Source: a virus
DNA length: 64,000 nucleotides
IMG/VR virus record: IMGVR_UViG_3300018080_000118
Coordinates: 32,001 to 96,000 of that record
Strand: one strand, 5' to 3'
Below the pieces are notes generated by a model. That model was not told the DNA's origin. It did no database searches and was given only the letters and a program-made list of their open reading frames with translations. Positions 29,482 through 39,330 of this stretch are shown piece after piece. How positions within the stretch are numbered: position 1 is the stretch's first letter; each line of letters starts with the position of its first letter. The translations under genes and the position numbers were made by a program.

Positions 29482-30518
29482 TGCTAACCAGAGCGCAAAT
29501 TTGCCGGAAGTACCAGATCACCCCGCAGACGTTCGACGGTGTGCGGAAGTTGCTGGAGGCCCAGCCTACGCCGAAACACGGCAATGTATTCTACGCCCTC
29601 ACGCCCAACGACGAGATCGCCCTCACCTGTGCGCGCAACCATATCTACAGCTTCGGGTCGGACGAGCCTCGGGCCACGGCCCGCGTTCTTCCCTTTCACA
29701 GATTCCTCAGTCTGCGCTTGCTGACGACACCCATCGAAGATATTCTCGATGAGCTTCATTACCGGCACCTGATCTCCAACAAGTTTGGGAAGGAGTACCT
29801 CAAGAAGCTGCACGGCAGGTTCGTTAAGAGGCTTCCAAAAACGCTGCAGCCCGTTGTGCGCGAGCTCGATGAGCCGCCCGCTGAGCTCAGCGACGCCTAC
29901 GACCTGATGATGGAAGTGCTGGGCATTGGTGTGATGTATGAAGAGCCCCTTTGGTTGGAGCTGTTCTTTGACCTTGTCGGAGATGCTCGCGTCAAGGATA
30001 AGGTCGAGACCATCTTCACCACCCACGGGGAGATGGCGGAGCATCAGCGCGCCCTGGAGGAGCAGACGTCTTTCCGGTGGCAGCCTACCGCAGTTGAAAT
30101 TTATAAGAGCATGTTCTACGACATCAGCCCGATGAACGATGCTGACTGGGATTATTATCTGCGGCGTCTGCGTGTATCAGAGCGACAGCACAAGCGCGCA
30201 GCCCGAGACATGACCACGTCGGAGTTCAACGTCCGAGAAGGGCTGCGGCCAAACTTCCGAGAGACCATGGAGGTGGCGCAGCTCCAGCTGCAGCGTGCGA
30301 TCAACAACCTCTACGACATCGGCATCGACGCCACGACGAAGCGCCTTGCTACCATGCTGGGTCTCTACACGAAACTGGGGGCTGCAACTGGCGAGGAGCT
30401 GCAAACCAAGACAGACAGCCGCTTCTTCGAGACCATCCGCATCACCGACGGCCCGAGCGAGTTCAAGGTGATCGACGACATCCAGACACCCAAGGTGGCG
30501 CGGGTAAAGCATGGCTAA
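29481..30518 (+). CDS. Hypothetical DNA-binding protein, possible terminase small subunit
   Basis: N-terminal HTH-like LTRAQICRKYQIT; lies immediately upstream of and overlaps TerL. Confidence 0.4.
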   Translation: MLTRAQICRKYQITPQTFDGVRKLLEAQPTPKHGNVFYALTPNDEIALTCARNHIYSFGSDEPRATARVLPFHRFLSLRLLTTPIEDILDELHYRHLISNKFGKEYLKKLHGRFVKRLPKTLQPVVRELDEPPAELSDAYDLMMEVLGIGVMYEEPLWLELFFDLVGDARVKDKVETIFTTHGEMAEHQRALEEQTSFRWQPTAVEIYKSMFYDISPMNDADWDYYLRRLRVSERQHKRAARDMTTSEFNVREGLRPNFRETMEVAQLQLQRAINNLYDIGIDATTKRLATMLGLYTKLGAATGEELQTKTDSRFFETIRITDGPSEFKVIDDIQTPKVARVKHG

Positions 30519-32379
30519 TATTGACCCCTACTCTATGGTAACCCAGGTCGATACGCCCGTAGTGGAAATCGACATGAAGATGCGCAATGGCCTACCTGAC
30601 GCCATACAGCGTATCGATGATGACGCCAACGAGTATGGCGAGGTCCGTCACCGGGACCTGAACGTACCGGACATCGTACCCCAGGCGATCTACATCGAGC
30701 GCAGGCCCTTTCGGTACCGGGACATCATCAAGCAGATCGGCGGGCCGCCGCTGATCCATGACCGGACCTACCTCCGCCCCATCTACAACCTGGACGGAGC
30801 CTACCCAACAGGTTCTCGCAACAAGATCCTACAGACAGCCCGGCAGGTCGAGAAGAGCACGACAGCAGCGGTGATGGGGATTACCCTCGGGGCTTCGATC
30901 GAGAGTCTCAAGGGCCTCTATATTCAGCCTCGCTTCTCGCAGGTCACCGTCTTCAGCCAGCAGCGCTTCAAGAAGATCGCTGAAGAGTCTCCGAGGATCA
31001 AGGCCGAGATGCTCTCGACGAAAAACCTGTGGCAGGTGAGTGGCAAAGAGTTCAACAGCGGATCGATGTTCAACTTTCGTTCCTGTTACCTCTCTGCTGA
31101 CCCCGTTCGTGGTATCTCGACAGACTTTCTCAACGCTGACGAGCTGCAGGATTTGCCGTCTGATCAGATCCCGGTCATCGAGGAGTGCCAGTCTCACGCG
31201 CTACCAGACCGAAAGATTCGACTCTATACAGGCACGCCCAAGACGAAGATGAATCCGCTCAGTCAGCGTTACGATCGCTCGTGCATGTTCGAGTGGATGG
31301 TCAAGTGCCGGTGGTGCCCTCACTGGAATTATCTGGATGAGAAAGTCATCGGATCCAAGTTCTTCGTCTGCACGAAATGCGGGAAAGAGCTGTTTCCCAA
31401 ACGTCACAAGAACCCGGATGACGACAACGACTACGGCGGTGAGTGGGTCGCCATGAAGCCGAGCCTCCTGGACAAGTGGCAGGGTTTCCGGATCTCTCAG
31501 ATCCAGGTGCCGTTCCAGTCGTTTGAAGACGTTCTCGGCAAGCTGCACGATCCCGCTACCTCCTTTCCTGTCTTCTGCAACGAGGTGTTGGGTCTCCCCT
31601 CTGAAGAGGGAGAGCTCGTCCTCAGCGAGCACGACATTCTCCGGGTATGCGAGCCTAGGGAGATGGCCCGCCCCGAGGATCTCCCTCAGCTGGTTGGCGG
31701 GGCTCCAGTGTTCATGGGCATAGACCACGGGACAGGTGGCCGTCAGGCGGACACGCCTGGGAAGAAGCGCAATGCCGCCTCATACACCGTTGTCGTCTTG
31801 GCCTCGTGGTGCACCGACGAGAAGTTTCGAGTGTTCTACATGGAGAAGTTCCTCGGCGATCGGTCCAACCTGGCTCGACAGCCTGAGTTCTTCGACGAGA
31901 TAGCTCGCAGGTATAACGTGTACTGGGTTGGGTCAGACTGGGGCTTTGGGCACATCAACAACGAGCGTCTGCGAGACAAGTACGGTTGGGTCGACCGACA
32001 GTTCCAGGCCGGCGGCGATCCTCTCCTCCTGGAGATGCAGTCCGTCAAGCAGAAGCCCATGGTGAAGTTCGATGTAAGGGCCGGCAAGTTTGGCCGCTAC
32101 ATGATCGACCGGACCTCCTGCATGGGTATTGTGATCGACAAGATTAAGAAGGGGGCTATCCGCTTCCCCAAGAGGGAGATCATGCTTGGTTCCCCGAACG
32201 ACCAGATCCCCTTCATCAACGACTTCACATCTATCTTCGTCGAGTACGACGAGACACATGGCACGATGTCCTACGATCACACATTGCCCGACGACACCTT
32301 CCAGGCCCTCATGTTGGCCTACCTGGCTTCCGAGCAATACTATGGTCGGTTCGCCCGGACGTCCCTCCCACAGATTTGA
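30511..32379 (+). CDS. terL: Terminase large subunit (gpA-like, with zinc ribbon)
   Basis: Walker A TARQVEKSTT, Walker B LNADELQD, GTPK, CRWC...CTKC, FCNEVLGLP, nuclease MGIDHG and DDTFQA. Confidence 0.9.
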   Translation: MANIDPYSMVTQVDTPVVEIDMKMRNGLPDAIQRIDDDANEYGEVRHRDLNVPDIVPQAIYIERRPFRYRDIIKQIGGPPLIHDRTYLRPIYNLDGAYPTGSRNKILQTARQVEKSTTAAVMGITLGASIESLKGLYIQPRFSQVTVFSQQRFKKIAEESPRIKAEMLSTKNLWQVSGKEFNSGSMFNFRSCYLSADPVRGISTDFLNADELQDLPSDQIPVIEECQSHALPDRKIRLYTGTPKTKMNPLSQRYDRSCMFEWMVKCRWCPHWNYLDEKVIGSKFFVCTKCGKELFPKRHKNPDDDNDYGGEWVAMKPSLLDKWQGFRISQIQVPFQSFEDVLGKLHDPATSFPVFCNEVLGLPSEEGELVLSEHDILRVCEPREMARPEDLPQLVGGAPVFMGIDHGTGGRQADTPGKKRNAASYTVVVLASWCTDEKFRVFYMEKFLGDRSNLARQPEFFDEIARRYNVYWVGSDWGFGHINNERLRDKYGWVDRQFQAGGDPLLLEMQSVKQKPMVKFDVRAGKFGRYMIDRTSCMGIVIDKIKKGAIRFPKREIMLGSPNDQIPFINDFTSIFVEYDETHGTMSYDHTLPDDTFQALMLAYLASEQYYGRFARTSLPQI

Positions 32380-32441
32380 ATAATCCCGTAGTTGTGGTAG
32401 ACCTATTACGATTACAGGAGGCAGATAACGAGGAGTCCATC

Positions 32442-33593
32442 ATGGATCTCAACCCGTTGAAGTTCGCCGACTTTGCGAAGCAGGCCACGAGGGCCTACGC
32501 CGAGAAGGGCGTCGCTCTGAACGAGACTATCGCGAAGCTCGCCGACGAGAACAACCTCTCACCCATGCAGATCCAGCGTGTCGTTGAGATCGCCAACAGC
32601 GAGACCAACCAGCGCCTGTACAAAACTGCAGGGGACAAGACCTTCACCTTCGAGCTCGCGTCGCTGGAGGGCGTGCGGGCCAAGCTCCATTCCTCGGAGC
32701 CGACCGTGAAGACGGCCCAAGTCCTCGACGTGCTGTTCCCGTCGAAGCAGGCGAAAACCGAGAAGCTGGCCTCCTCGATCGAGAAGATTGCCGCTGGCCC
32801 TGCACGTGCCGCCACGGACCCTCTGATGGAGAAGCGGGCCTCCATGGCCTTCGAGTCTCTCCTGGCCGAGGGCAAGAAGCGTGTTGCCAAGCTGCAGCTG
32901 GAGAAGATCGCGGCCGAGATGGAACGAGACACGGCCTACAACGCCCTCAAGGATCGAGCGAAGGAGTATGTGATCCTGCACCACGGCAAGATGGCGGACA
33001 TGTACAAGTTCGCCTGTCTCGCACGGCCGGACGACCAGGAGCTCTGGAAACAGCTCTTCACGGACATGCGGCAGGACCTGATGAAGCTCGGGCAGCCTGT
33101 GGACCGCGCGCTGGTGGACGAGAAGTTCGGAGATTTCGAGACTCCCACCGAGGTGATCAACGGGAACCATGCGATGCTGATCGAGCTCGACACGTTCAAG
33201 AACAAGATCGGCGAGATCGACCGTACCTCCGGCAAGCTGGCGCTCTACAACGACGCGCCGGACCCTGTGGCGATCGGCGTGGAGTCGATCGTCACCAACG
33301 AGGACGTTCGCCGCTCCCTGGGAGAGGAGGCCGAGAAGCTCGCAGCCGAGGCTCCGAATCTCTCGGACGATGAGCTGCTGAAGAGAGCCGCGAAGATGCC
33401 GTTCTCCAACGCCGCAGGTCGTGCGGCCTCTTGGGCCGTGCAGAATCCCTGGTACTCCATCCCGCTGGGCTACCTCGCCTACAAGGGTCTTCGCGACGTA
33501 GGGAAGGGTGTCGGCCGTGCCGTCCAGCGCACGCGGCAGCCGTTCTACCTGGAGCAGCCGGGCAACGAGGGCTTCGCCGGATTTAGGAGATAA
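32442..33593 (+). CDS. Head assembly/internal protein (K-x-A rich)
   Basis: GAGGAG SD favours ATG 32442; more than ten K-x-A motifs; hydrophobic C-terminal segment. Confidence 0.6.
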   Translation: MDLNPLKFADFAKQATRAYAEKGVALNETIAKLADENNLSPMQIQRVVEIANSETNQRLYKTAGDKTFTFELASLEGVRAKLHSSEPTVKTAQVLDVLFPSKQAKTEKLASSIEKIAAGPARAATDPLMEKRASMAFESLLAEGKKRVAKLQLEKIAAEMERDTAYNALKDRAKEYVILHHGKMADMYKFACLARPDDQELWKQLFTDMRQDLMKLGQPVDRALVDEKFGDFETPTEVINGNHAMLIELDTFKNKIGEIDRTSGKLALYNDAPDPVAIGVESIVTNEDVRRSLGEEAEKLAAEAPNLSDDELLKRAAKMPFSNAAGRAASWAVQNPWYSIPLGYLAYKGLRDVGKGVGRAVQRTRQPFYLEQPGNEGFAGFRR

Positions 33594-33595
33594 CC

Positions 33596-34342
33596 ATGCC
33601 GATGTTCGAAAAGTACGCGTGTCTCTACGGTGACATCAAGTTCACCCAAGAGGAGCGCGACGAGATTGCTGACTTCGTGTCCGGCATCGTCAAGTGCGCC
33701 CACACGAACGACGTGGGGGAGTGGCGCAAGCTCGCCCATCGGCACTTCGACTACGTCCCGAAGAGCACCCTGGAAAAGATCGCCCGCTACTGCGAATATC
33801 TCTCGGTGACGGAAGGCGACGGCATCCGTCGTGCGATCAACGGCGATGGCCTCACGAAGGAAGCGCTGTTCGGGCGCAGGAAGGCCGCGCCGAAGATCAG
33901 CGTCGGAACAGCTGCCGCCAAGGCGGCTCCGTCGAGGATCGGAAGTCTGGTCCAGAGCGGGCTGCTCCCGGCACTGGGCGTGGCGGCGGTTGGGCTACCC
34001 ATGCTCATGAACGGTCTGGAGAGCATGGCCCGTACGAGGTCTCTCAAGAAGTCTCTCCAGCGCGTCATGCGGGATCATCCGGAGCTGCGGCACGACCCGA
34101 ACGCGGGCCGGTACTTCCAGGCCATCTCTGACTTCGCGCCGGCTGTGGCGACGAACCCGCTGTTGGCAGGGAACGTGATGAAGCAGCTGCACCAGATCGG
34201 GCCATCGGCTCTCACGCCCGCCATGATCAAAGACCTCCTGGGTGTCCAGGAAACCGCAACGAAGATGCGCGGAGCAAACCAGGAGAACATCAAGGACCTG
34301 GGCCGCTCCATCCTCGACCTGAGCAAGACCGTGAATAACTAG
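33596..34342 (+). CDS. Internal virion protein with hydrophobic segment
   Basis: AGGAG SD; KEAL followed by a basic stretch and GLLPALGVAAVGLPMLM. Confidence 0.55.
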   Translation: MPMFEKYACLYGDIKFTQEERDEIADFVSGIVKCAHTNDVGEWRKLAHRHFDYVPKSTLEKIARYCEYLSVTEGDGIRRAINGDGLTKEALFGRRKAAPKISVGTAAAKAAPSRIGSLVQSGLLPALGVAAVGLPMLMNGLESMARTRSLKKSLQRVMRDHPELRHDPNAGRYFQAISDFAPAVATNPLLAGNVMKQLHQIGPSALTPAMIKDLLGVQETATKMRGANQENIKDLGRSILDLSKTVNN

Positions 34343-34343
34343 C

Positions 34344-35576
34344 ATGAGCGACAATCCTTCAATCCGGTACAACGTGCGCCGAGTAGTCGGCACCGGCTCT
34401 GATATCCCCACGTATATTCCTGGGGCGATCAAGGGCCTGTCTGCCGAGGACGAGCATGAGCTGGAGGCCGGACGCCGAGGCGAGAACAAGACCGAGAACC
34501 AGCGCATGGTCGATCTTCTTCGCAAGCGCGAGTACCACAAGCAGGAGCTGTCCTCTGCCAAGGATCTCATTCGGATCGCCAAGGAGAAGACCGCGAGCTT
34601 CAACCTCGCAGGCCATCTTCTCGACGACATGGACTTCGAGAAGGAGGCTCTCAAGATTCCCGGAGGTAAGCTGCTCGGCGGTTTGTTTGGCAAGATGAAG
34701 GGTGGTGGGGGCAAGGTACTCGGCGGCCTGAAGAACCTGGTCCCCGGGAAAGCACGGGTACCGCTGCCACCTAAAAGCTCTGGGTGGGGGGCAGTTGACG
34801 CTGCTGCTGGGAAGGTCCCCAAACCCAAGCCCGCACCGACTCCCGCCGCTTCTCCGGCCGCCGCTGCACCAAAACCTTCCGCACCAGCACCTCCTCAAAA
34901 GGAGATGCTCGATGTGCCGAAGTCCGATTATCGGTATGGTCTTGGTAAGGGCGATGTCGCCCCGCCGAAGGTGAAGACCGTCACGGACGCTCCCGGTGCC
35001 GCCCCTGGTGGGGCAGGCTCTCCTGGTTCCGCTCCCGGAGGAATCGGCTCTCCTGGAGCAGCCGACACGCTTCCCCCCGGCACTGTGCGCCACGGTACTG
35101 ACGTCTCGGGCGTTACCGGCGGCAAGCCGGGCAAGGGTATGTCCCAGGCCGATGTAGACTCCGCCGTCAGCAAGCAGATCAAAGACTACGATACCAAGCG
35201 CCAGGCTCTGGAAAGCATGACCGACGTTGAGGCGCTGGAAGCCCAAGCTAAGTTGACCGGGCAAGATCCCGGGTGGCTAAAGAAATTTTTGGCGAGCAAC
35301 AAGGGCCAGATCGCTGCCCAGATGGGTCTCGCAATGTTCCCGTATCACATGATCCCAGGGCTCGATAACCCAGACAGCACCCTTGCTCAGATGGCACCGA
35401 TGGCCGCTTTTATGGTTGGCCCCGGTGCCATTTCGAAGTATGTTGGAGCCGGGGCAGCTCGGGGTCAACTGGGTAAGGCCATGGCTGCCGGCTCGTGGGC
35501 TCCCAAGACGGCTTCGCGGAAATATCAGTTCGAAGTCACAGCAGTGACAACTCCAGGAGTGATCAGGAATGGATAA
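34344..35576 (+). CDS. Gly/Pro/Ala-rich internal virion protein
   Basis: KTAS motif in the N-terminal region and near the C-terminus, a PAP-rich linker, and hydrophobic segments. Confidence 0.5.
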   Translation: MSDNPSIRYNVRRVVGTGSDIPTYIPGAIKGLSAEDEHELEAGRRGENKTENQRMVDLLRKREYHKQELSSAKDLIRIAKEKTASFNLAGHLLDDMDFEKEALKIPGGKLLGGLFGKMKGGGGKVLGGLKNLVPGKARVPLPPKSSGWGAVDAAAGKVPKPKPAPTPAASPAAAAPKPSAPAPPQKEMLDVPKSDYRYGLGKGDVAPPKVKTVTDAPGAAPGGAGSPGSAPGGIGSPGAADTLPPGTVRHGTDVSGVTGGKPGKGMSQADVDSAVSKQIKDYDTKRQALESMTDVEALEAQAKLTGQDPGWLKKFLASNKGQIAAQMGLAMFPYHMIPGLDNPDSTLAQMAPMAAFMVGPGAISKYVGAGAARGQLGKAMAAGSWAPKTASRKYQFEVTAVTTPGVIRNG

Positions 35577-37110
35577 GCGGGCAACGCTGATTCTGGAACC
35601 AGGCATAGAGAAGCACATTCTCCCTGCCTCTGACCCACGGTGGGGTCCGTCCTACCTTCCGATCCACTCTCGCTCTTTCGAGAAGCTCGCGTCGGAGTGT
35701 TACGTACCCGCTAAGCTGCTGAAGCTCATTGGCAGCCTGAAGCCTCGCAAAGAGGGTCGCTACGTGCACGTCAATGCGGTCGGCGCTCTTCACGCATGGG
35801 GGAGCAACAAGAACGGCGACGCTTTCCCGAAGTGGAGTCTTCAGCACGACTCCCCACCGCCGGACATTTTGTCCTTCATGAACGACAAGGGTCTCAGCGT
35901 CCCGACCGAGTATGGTCTGGAGACCTTCGAGACCTATGCCTTTCCTTTCGTGTTCCACGACAACAAGGACCCGCTGAAATCCATTGGAGAGAAGGTGACA
36001 TGTGCCGCCTACAACGACCAGATGGAGCGGGTGGAACTCATCATCTTCATTTTGGAGAGCCGCGCACCGGATCTGGTCCGTAGGATCGACGCTGGTGATC
36101 CTATTCCTTGGTCGATGGGATGCAAGGTCCCCTTCGACGTGTGTTCCATCTGCAAGAACACAGCAAAAAACCGGAGCGAGTATTGCTCGCACCTACGGAC
36201 CCTCATGAATGTGACCCTGCCCGACGGCAGGAAAGTCTATGCGTTGAACTGGTTCCCCCGGTTCTTCGATATCAGCTACGTCGTGTCCCCTGCATGGACT
36301 GAGGCCTGGTCGCTACGAAAGGTGGCGCACTGTGAGCCCTCCATGGCCGTGGCCACCCCAACCGGAAGTATCATTACCGCGTTTACCCCGGCGGAGCTGG
36401 ACTTCGAGAAGATCGCGTCGGCACAGGTCAGGTTCCACAAGGCGGCTGTTCTGAAGAGAGCGGAAGAGAAGGCAGCAGAGATCGACAAACGTGTTCCGGC
36501 CGAGAAGGGGCAGGACAACCTCGGCAGGTCTCCGATCAAGCCTGCTGTCTACCGGCAGCTGAAGGCGATCGTCGGTGAGCACAAGGACTCGCAGCGCGCA
36601 CTTCCCATAGAAGAACTCCAGGGCTTGAAGGATAAGCACTCGCTGGGCGACATCCTTGGTGGCGCTACCGCGTGTGGCATCCAGCTCAAGAAACCGGAGA
36701 TCGAGGTGCTGACCGATGGCGACGCCAAGAAGCTTCCCGACTCTCTCGACTTCGAGAATCCACCACGCGGGATCTTGTCTGTCCTGAAGAAGTGGATGCC
36801 GGATCGATCGCTCTTCGATCCACCGTTTGCCAAACGGGTTATCCGGATTATACGTATAAAGAAGGACGCGGGCGGGATCGACAAGAAAAGTTCTCGTTCG
36901 AGCTCGGCCGCGTACAACAAATACTGCGAGCTACTCCAGGGAGTCGATGTCGACAAGCTCGCATCCAAGGCCAACGAGTGGGAGATTCTGGAGGCCCGCA
37001 GCCCAAATGCAGTTGACCTATCTCTGGTCAATGTTAAAACTGCGGGTGTAGGAGAAACGCTCCGGGCAGTTCTACCCTTTGTCGTTGGCGCGGGGCTTCA
37101 CAAGAGTTGA
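35569..37110 (+). CDS. Prohead maturation protease (HK97/herpes-type fold) with zinc finger
   Basis: NKNGDAF, FVFHDN, WSMGCKVPFDVCSICKN...YCSHL, FFDISYVVSPA; lies upstream of the scaffold/MCP genes. Confidence 0.75.
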   Translation: MDKRATLILEPGIEKHILPASDPRWGPSYLPIHSRSFEKLASECYVPAKLLKLIGSLKPRKEGRYVHVNAVGALHAWGSNKNGDAFPKWSLQHDSPPPDILSFMNDKGLSVPTEYGLETFETYAFPFVFHDNKDPLKSIGEKVTCAAYNDQMERVELIIFILESRAPDLVRRIDAGDPIPWSMGCKVPFDVCSICKNTAKNRSEYCSHLRTLMNVTLPDGRKVYALNWFPRFFDISYVVSPAWTEAWSLRKVAHCEPSMAVATPTGSIITAFTPAELDFEKIASAQVRFHKAAVLKRAEEKAAEIDKRVPAEKGQDNLGRSPIKPAVYRQLKAIVGEHKDSQRALPIEELQGLKDKHSLGDILGGATACGIQLKKPEIEVLTDGDAKKLPDSLDFENPPRGILSVLKKWMPDRSLFDPPFAKRVIRIIRIKKDAGGIDKKSSRSSSAAYNKYCELLQGVDVDKLASKANEWEILEARSPNAVDLSLVNVKTAGVGETLRAVLPFVVGAGLHKS

Positions 37111-37133
37111 TCGGTTTACAGAAGGAGTGAGCG

Positions 37134-37562
37134 ATGGACGTCATGGAACTTCTCAAGAAGCTCGACGCAGACGGTGAGCTCGACAAGACCGCCTCGGTCG
37201 GAGTCGCCGACGACGATCCCATGGTGAAACTGGCCCAAGACATTTTCTCGGGTGGCCAGCTTTTCGCCAGAGGGTTCATCGCCGAGCTGCAAAAGCAGGC
37301 GGCGGAGGGCGCGACAGCCGAGCCTTCCACCGGAGACGCCGCGAACGACCAGTCCAACTGGAAGAGCGTGGCAACCAAGATCCAGGCCCGCCATGCGGTG
37401 CCCGGGCAGCCCGCGCCGAACACAGTCGGCGGATCGGGCGGCGGCGTGACCCAGAAGAAGACGCCCGGTGAGAACCCCGGCGTCACCTACGAGGCGGTCG
37501 CGCCCCCGCAGAAAGACAACCCCAATCCCCCGGAGCAGGCGGGCAACGTCAACACGAAATAG
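37134..37562 (+). CDS. Small head-assembly protein (KTAS, GFIAELQKQAA motifs)
   Basis: AAGGAG SD; motif-bearing. Confidence 0.6.
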   Translation: MDVMELLKKLDADGELDKTASVGVADDDPMVKLAQDIFSGGQLFARGFIAELQKQAAEGATAEPSTGDAANDQSNWKSVATKIQARHAVPGQPAPNTVGGSGGGVTQKKTPGENPGVTYEAVAPPQKDNPNPPEQAGNVNTK

Positions 37563-37577
37563 CCGAGCGGCTATTTC
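37556..37577 (+). promoter_or_regulatory. Intercistronic hairpin
   Basis: GAAATAGCC-gagc-GGCTATTTC 9-bp stem over the stop codon. Confidence 0.45.
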
Positions 37578-37614
37578 TGCCGGGAGATGACAAGCACGTT
37601 CAAGGAGGAAATCG

Positions 37615-38082
37615 ATGACTCTGAGCGAAATCGTTCAGGCCCTCGACGCCCAGGAATTCGAGGTGAAGCTCGCCGCCGTGGAGCAGGCATACCAGGGTGA
37701 CGAAACCCGGAGCCAGCTCTTCTTCGAGGCCACCGAGCTCATCAAGGAAGCCGAGGCCAAGGGCGAGTTCGGCGGACCCCTCAGCAACTCCCAGTTCCTG
37801 TCTCTGTGCACCCAGGTCGTGGAAGACCAGGTCGCCGAGATGGCCAAGACCGCGTCCGACGAGTCGGGCGAGGCCGAAGCCCAGGACGAGAGCGACGAGG
37901 AGCTGACCAAGGAAGCCCAGGAAGAGCTCTACGCCTACGGGCAGCTCGCCGCCGAGGCTCTCGCGGAACACGGCATCACCGCCGAGGATCTGGAAAAGGT
38001 CGCCTCCGAGGAGGAGGCAGAAGCTCTGGGCCGCGCCGCCGCAAGGCTCGTGGTCGCCAAGCTCGACACCGAAGAAGAGTAG
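37615..38082 (+). CDS. Acidic scaffold-like protein
   Basis: AAGGAGG SD; helical and E/A-rich; KLAA, KTAS, KEAQ and KVAS. Confidence 0.6.
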   Translation: MTLSEIVQALDAQEFEVKLAAVEQAYQGDETRSQLFFEATELIKEAEAKGEFGGPLSNSQFLSLCTQVVEDQVAEMAKTASDESGEAEAQDESDEELTKEAQEELYAYGQLAAEALAEHGITAEDLEKVASEEEAEALGRAAARLVVAKLDTEEE

Positions 38083-38085
38083 CCA

Positions 38086-38328
38086 ATGCTAAACGCCGAA
38101 GCCATCAAGCAGGCCCTCGCTGGCATGCAGAAGAAAGCCAGCGAGGAGAACCGGAGCAAGCCCGTCAGTGAACAGATTGACGAGCTTGTTACGACACTGT
38201 CCGGCGTGATGGACGACGGCGAGAAGCAGGCGCAGCTTCAGAAACGGGCGTTCGACGAACGGAGAGAACAGGTGACCATCGCCAAGATTCTCGCCGGGAT
38301 CGACGCCCTCTCTCATCAGGGAACCTGA
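38086..38328 (+). CDS. Small helical head-assembly protein
   Basis: KKAS, KQAQ and KRAF motifs; operon position. Confidence 0.55.
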   Translation: MLNAEAIKQALAGMQKKASEENRSKPVSEQIDELVTTLSGVMDDGEKQAQLQKRAFDERREQVTIAKILAGIDALSHQGT

Positions 38329-38329
38329 G

Positions 38330-38716
38330 ATGAGTAACGTCGTGATTCCTGCGACGTTGGCTGCTCGACTTCGGGACAAGCTCACAGAGCAAGACCACCT
38401 GGTCAAGCTGGCCAACGGTCAAAAAGATGAGGCTATGCAAAAGCTGGCCGCCGTTGAGTTGGAACGCACCATCCTTCGGGAGGTGATCCAGCTCGTGGCG
38501 GACGGCGTGTATGAGCCTGATGAGGCCCTCCACAAGGTCGCAGAGTTTCTGGAGAGGCCTCAGGAACTAGAGGTAGTCAAGGCGGCTCATGAGCTAGGTC
38601 TGGATCGGATCCCGACCCTCGGAACGCCAGTTTCTGAATCTGCTCCTGTTGACAAAGGCAATGACAATCCTATCATGGAAGCATTGCTAGGCATGCAGGA
38701 CCAGGGACTCATCTGA
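38330..38716 (+). CDS. Coiled-coil scaffold-like protein
   Basis: KLAN and KLAA; coiled coil; lies just upstream of the capsid genes. Confidence 0.55.
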   Translation: MSNVVIPATLAARLRDKLTEQDHLVKLANGQKDEAMQKLAAVELERTILREVIQLVADGVYEPDEALHKVAEFLERPQELEVVKAAHELGLDRIPTLGTPVSESAPVDKGNDNPIMEALLGMQDQGLI

Positions 38717-38726
38717 ATAAAGGAGA

Positions 38727-39251
38727 ATGGCAATGACTCAGCCACGGAAAAGCGAATCGATCGTTTCGGTCAATGCGAAGCTGACCGCTTTCGATCTGCG
38801 ACACCTCCGTTACCGCGACGCCACCACGGTGATCGAGGAAGGGCGCTTCGTGATCGACGACGGCACGACCGGCTTCGGCCGCCTGGCCATCAACACGGAT
38901 GGCGTCGCCTACATCAACTTCCTGGTGTCGAGCGCACCCTCGGTCCTCGACGAGCAGACCGATCCCTTCGATCCGTCCGCTCCCGTCCAGGCTCTCGAAG
39001 CCGGCGGCCTCGCAGGCATCCAGGGTTCCGGCATCGAGCTCGGCATCCCGCTGGACCGGTGGTACAACGCCGCCGTCAGCGTCCCTGCCGTGGGGAAGCA
39101 CGTGACCCTCAACACGCTGGCACTCGGCGCGGGCAAGCCCGAGGCCATCGCGACGGGCTCCCTGACCGGCCTGATCAGCTTCGGCGTGATCACCCGGATC
39201 GTCGGAGACACCGTGTTCTTCCTGTTCAACTCGATCGGGACACGCTACTAG
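38727..39251 (+). CDS. Head decoration/cement-like protein
   Basis: AAAGGAG SD; 174-aa beta-rich protein directly before the MCP. Confidence 0.5.
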   Translation: MAMTQPRKSESIVSVNAKLTAFDLRHLRYRDATTVIEEGRFVIDDGTTGFGRLAINTDGVAYINFLVSSAPSVLDEQTDPFDPSAPVQALEAGGLAGIQGSGIELGIPLDRWYNAAVSVPAVGKHVTLNTLALGAGKPEAIATGSLTGLISFGVITRIVGDTVFFLFNSIGTRY

Positions 39252-39259
39252 GTCTGACC

Positions 39260-39298
39260 CAGGTATTGACTCCGAGCTTCGGTCGGTCATAATACCTG
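39260..39298 (+). promoter_or_regulatory. cUUCGg hairpin overlapping a promoter-like sequence upstream of the MCP
   Basis: CAGGTATT...CCGA-g-C-TTCG-G-TCGG...AATACCTG; also TTGACT-N16-CATAAT. Confidence 0.55.
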
Positions 39299-39330
39299 CA
39301 AAGTGAAACCTCTTTTCAAAGGAGTGAACG

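Noticed and set aside
32376-32441. Upstream extension of the 405-aa ORF (TTG start 32376)
   Set aside because: The segment is AT-rich and palindromic, with a strong GAGGAG SD before ATG 32442, so it is more likely intergenic.
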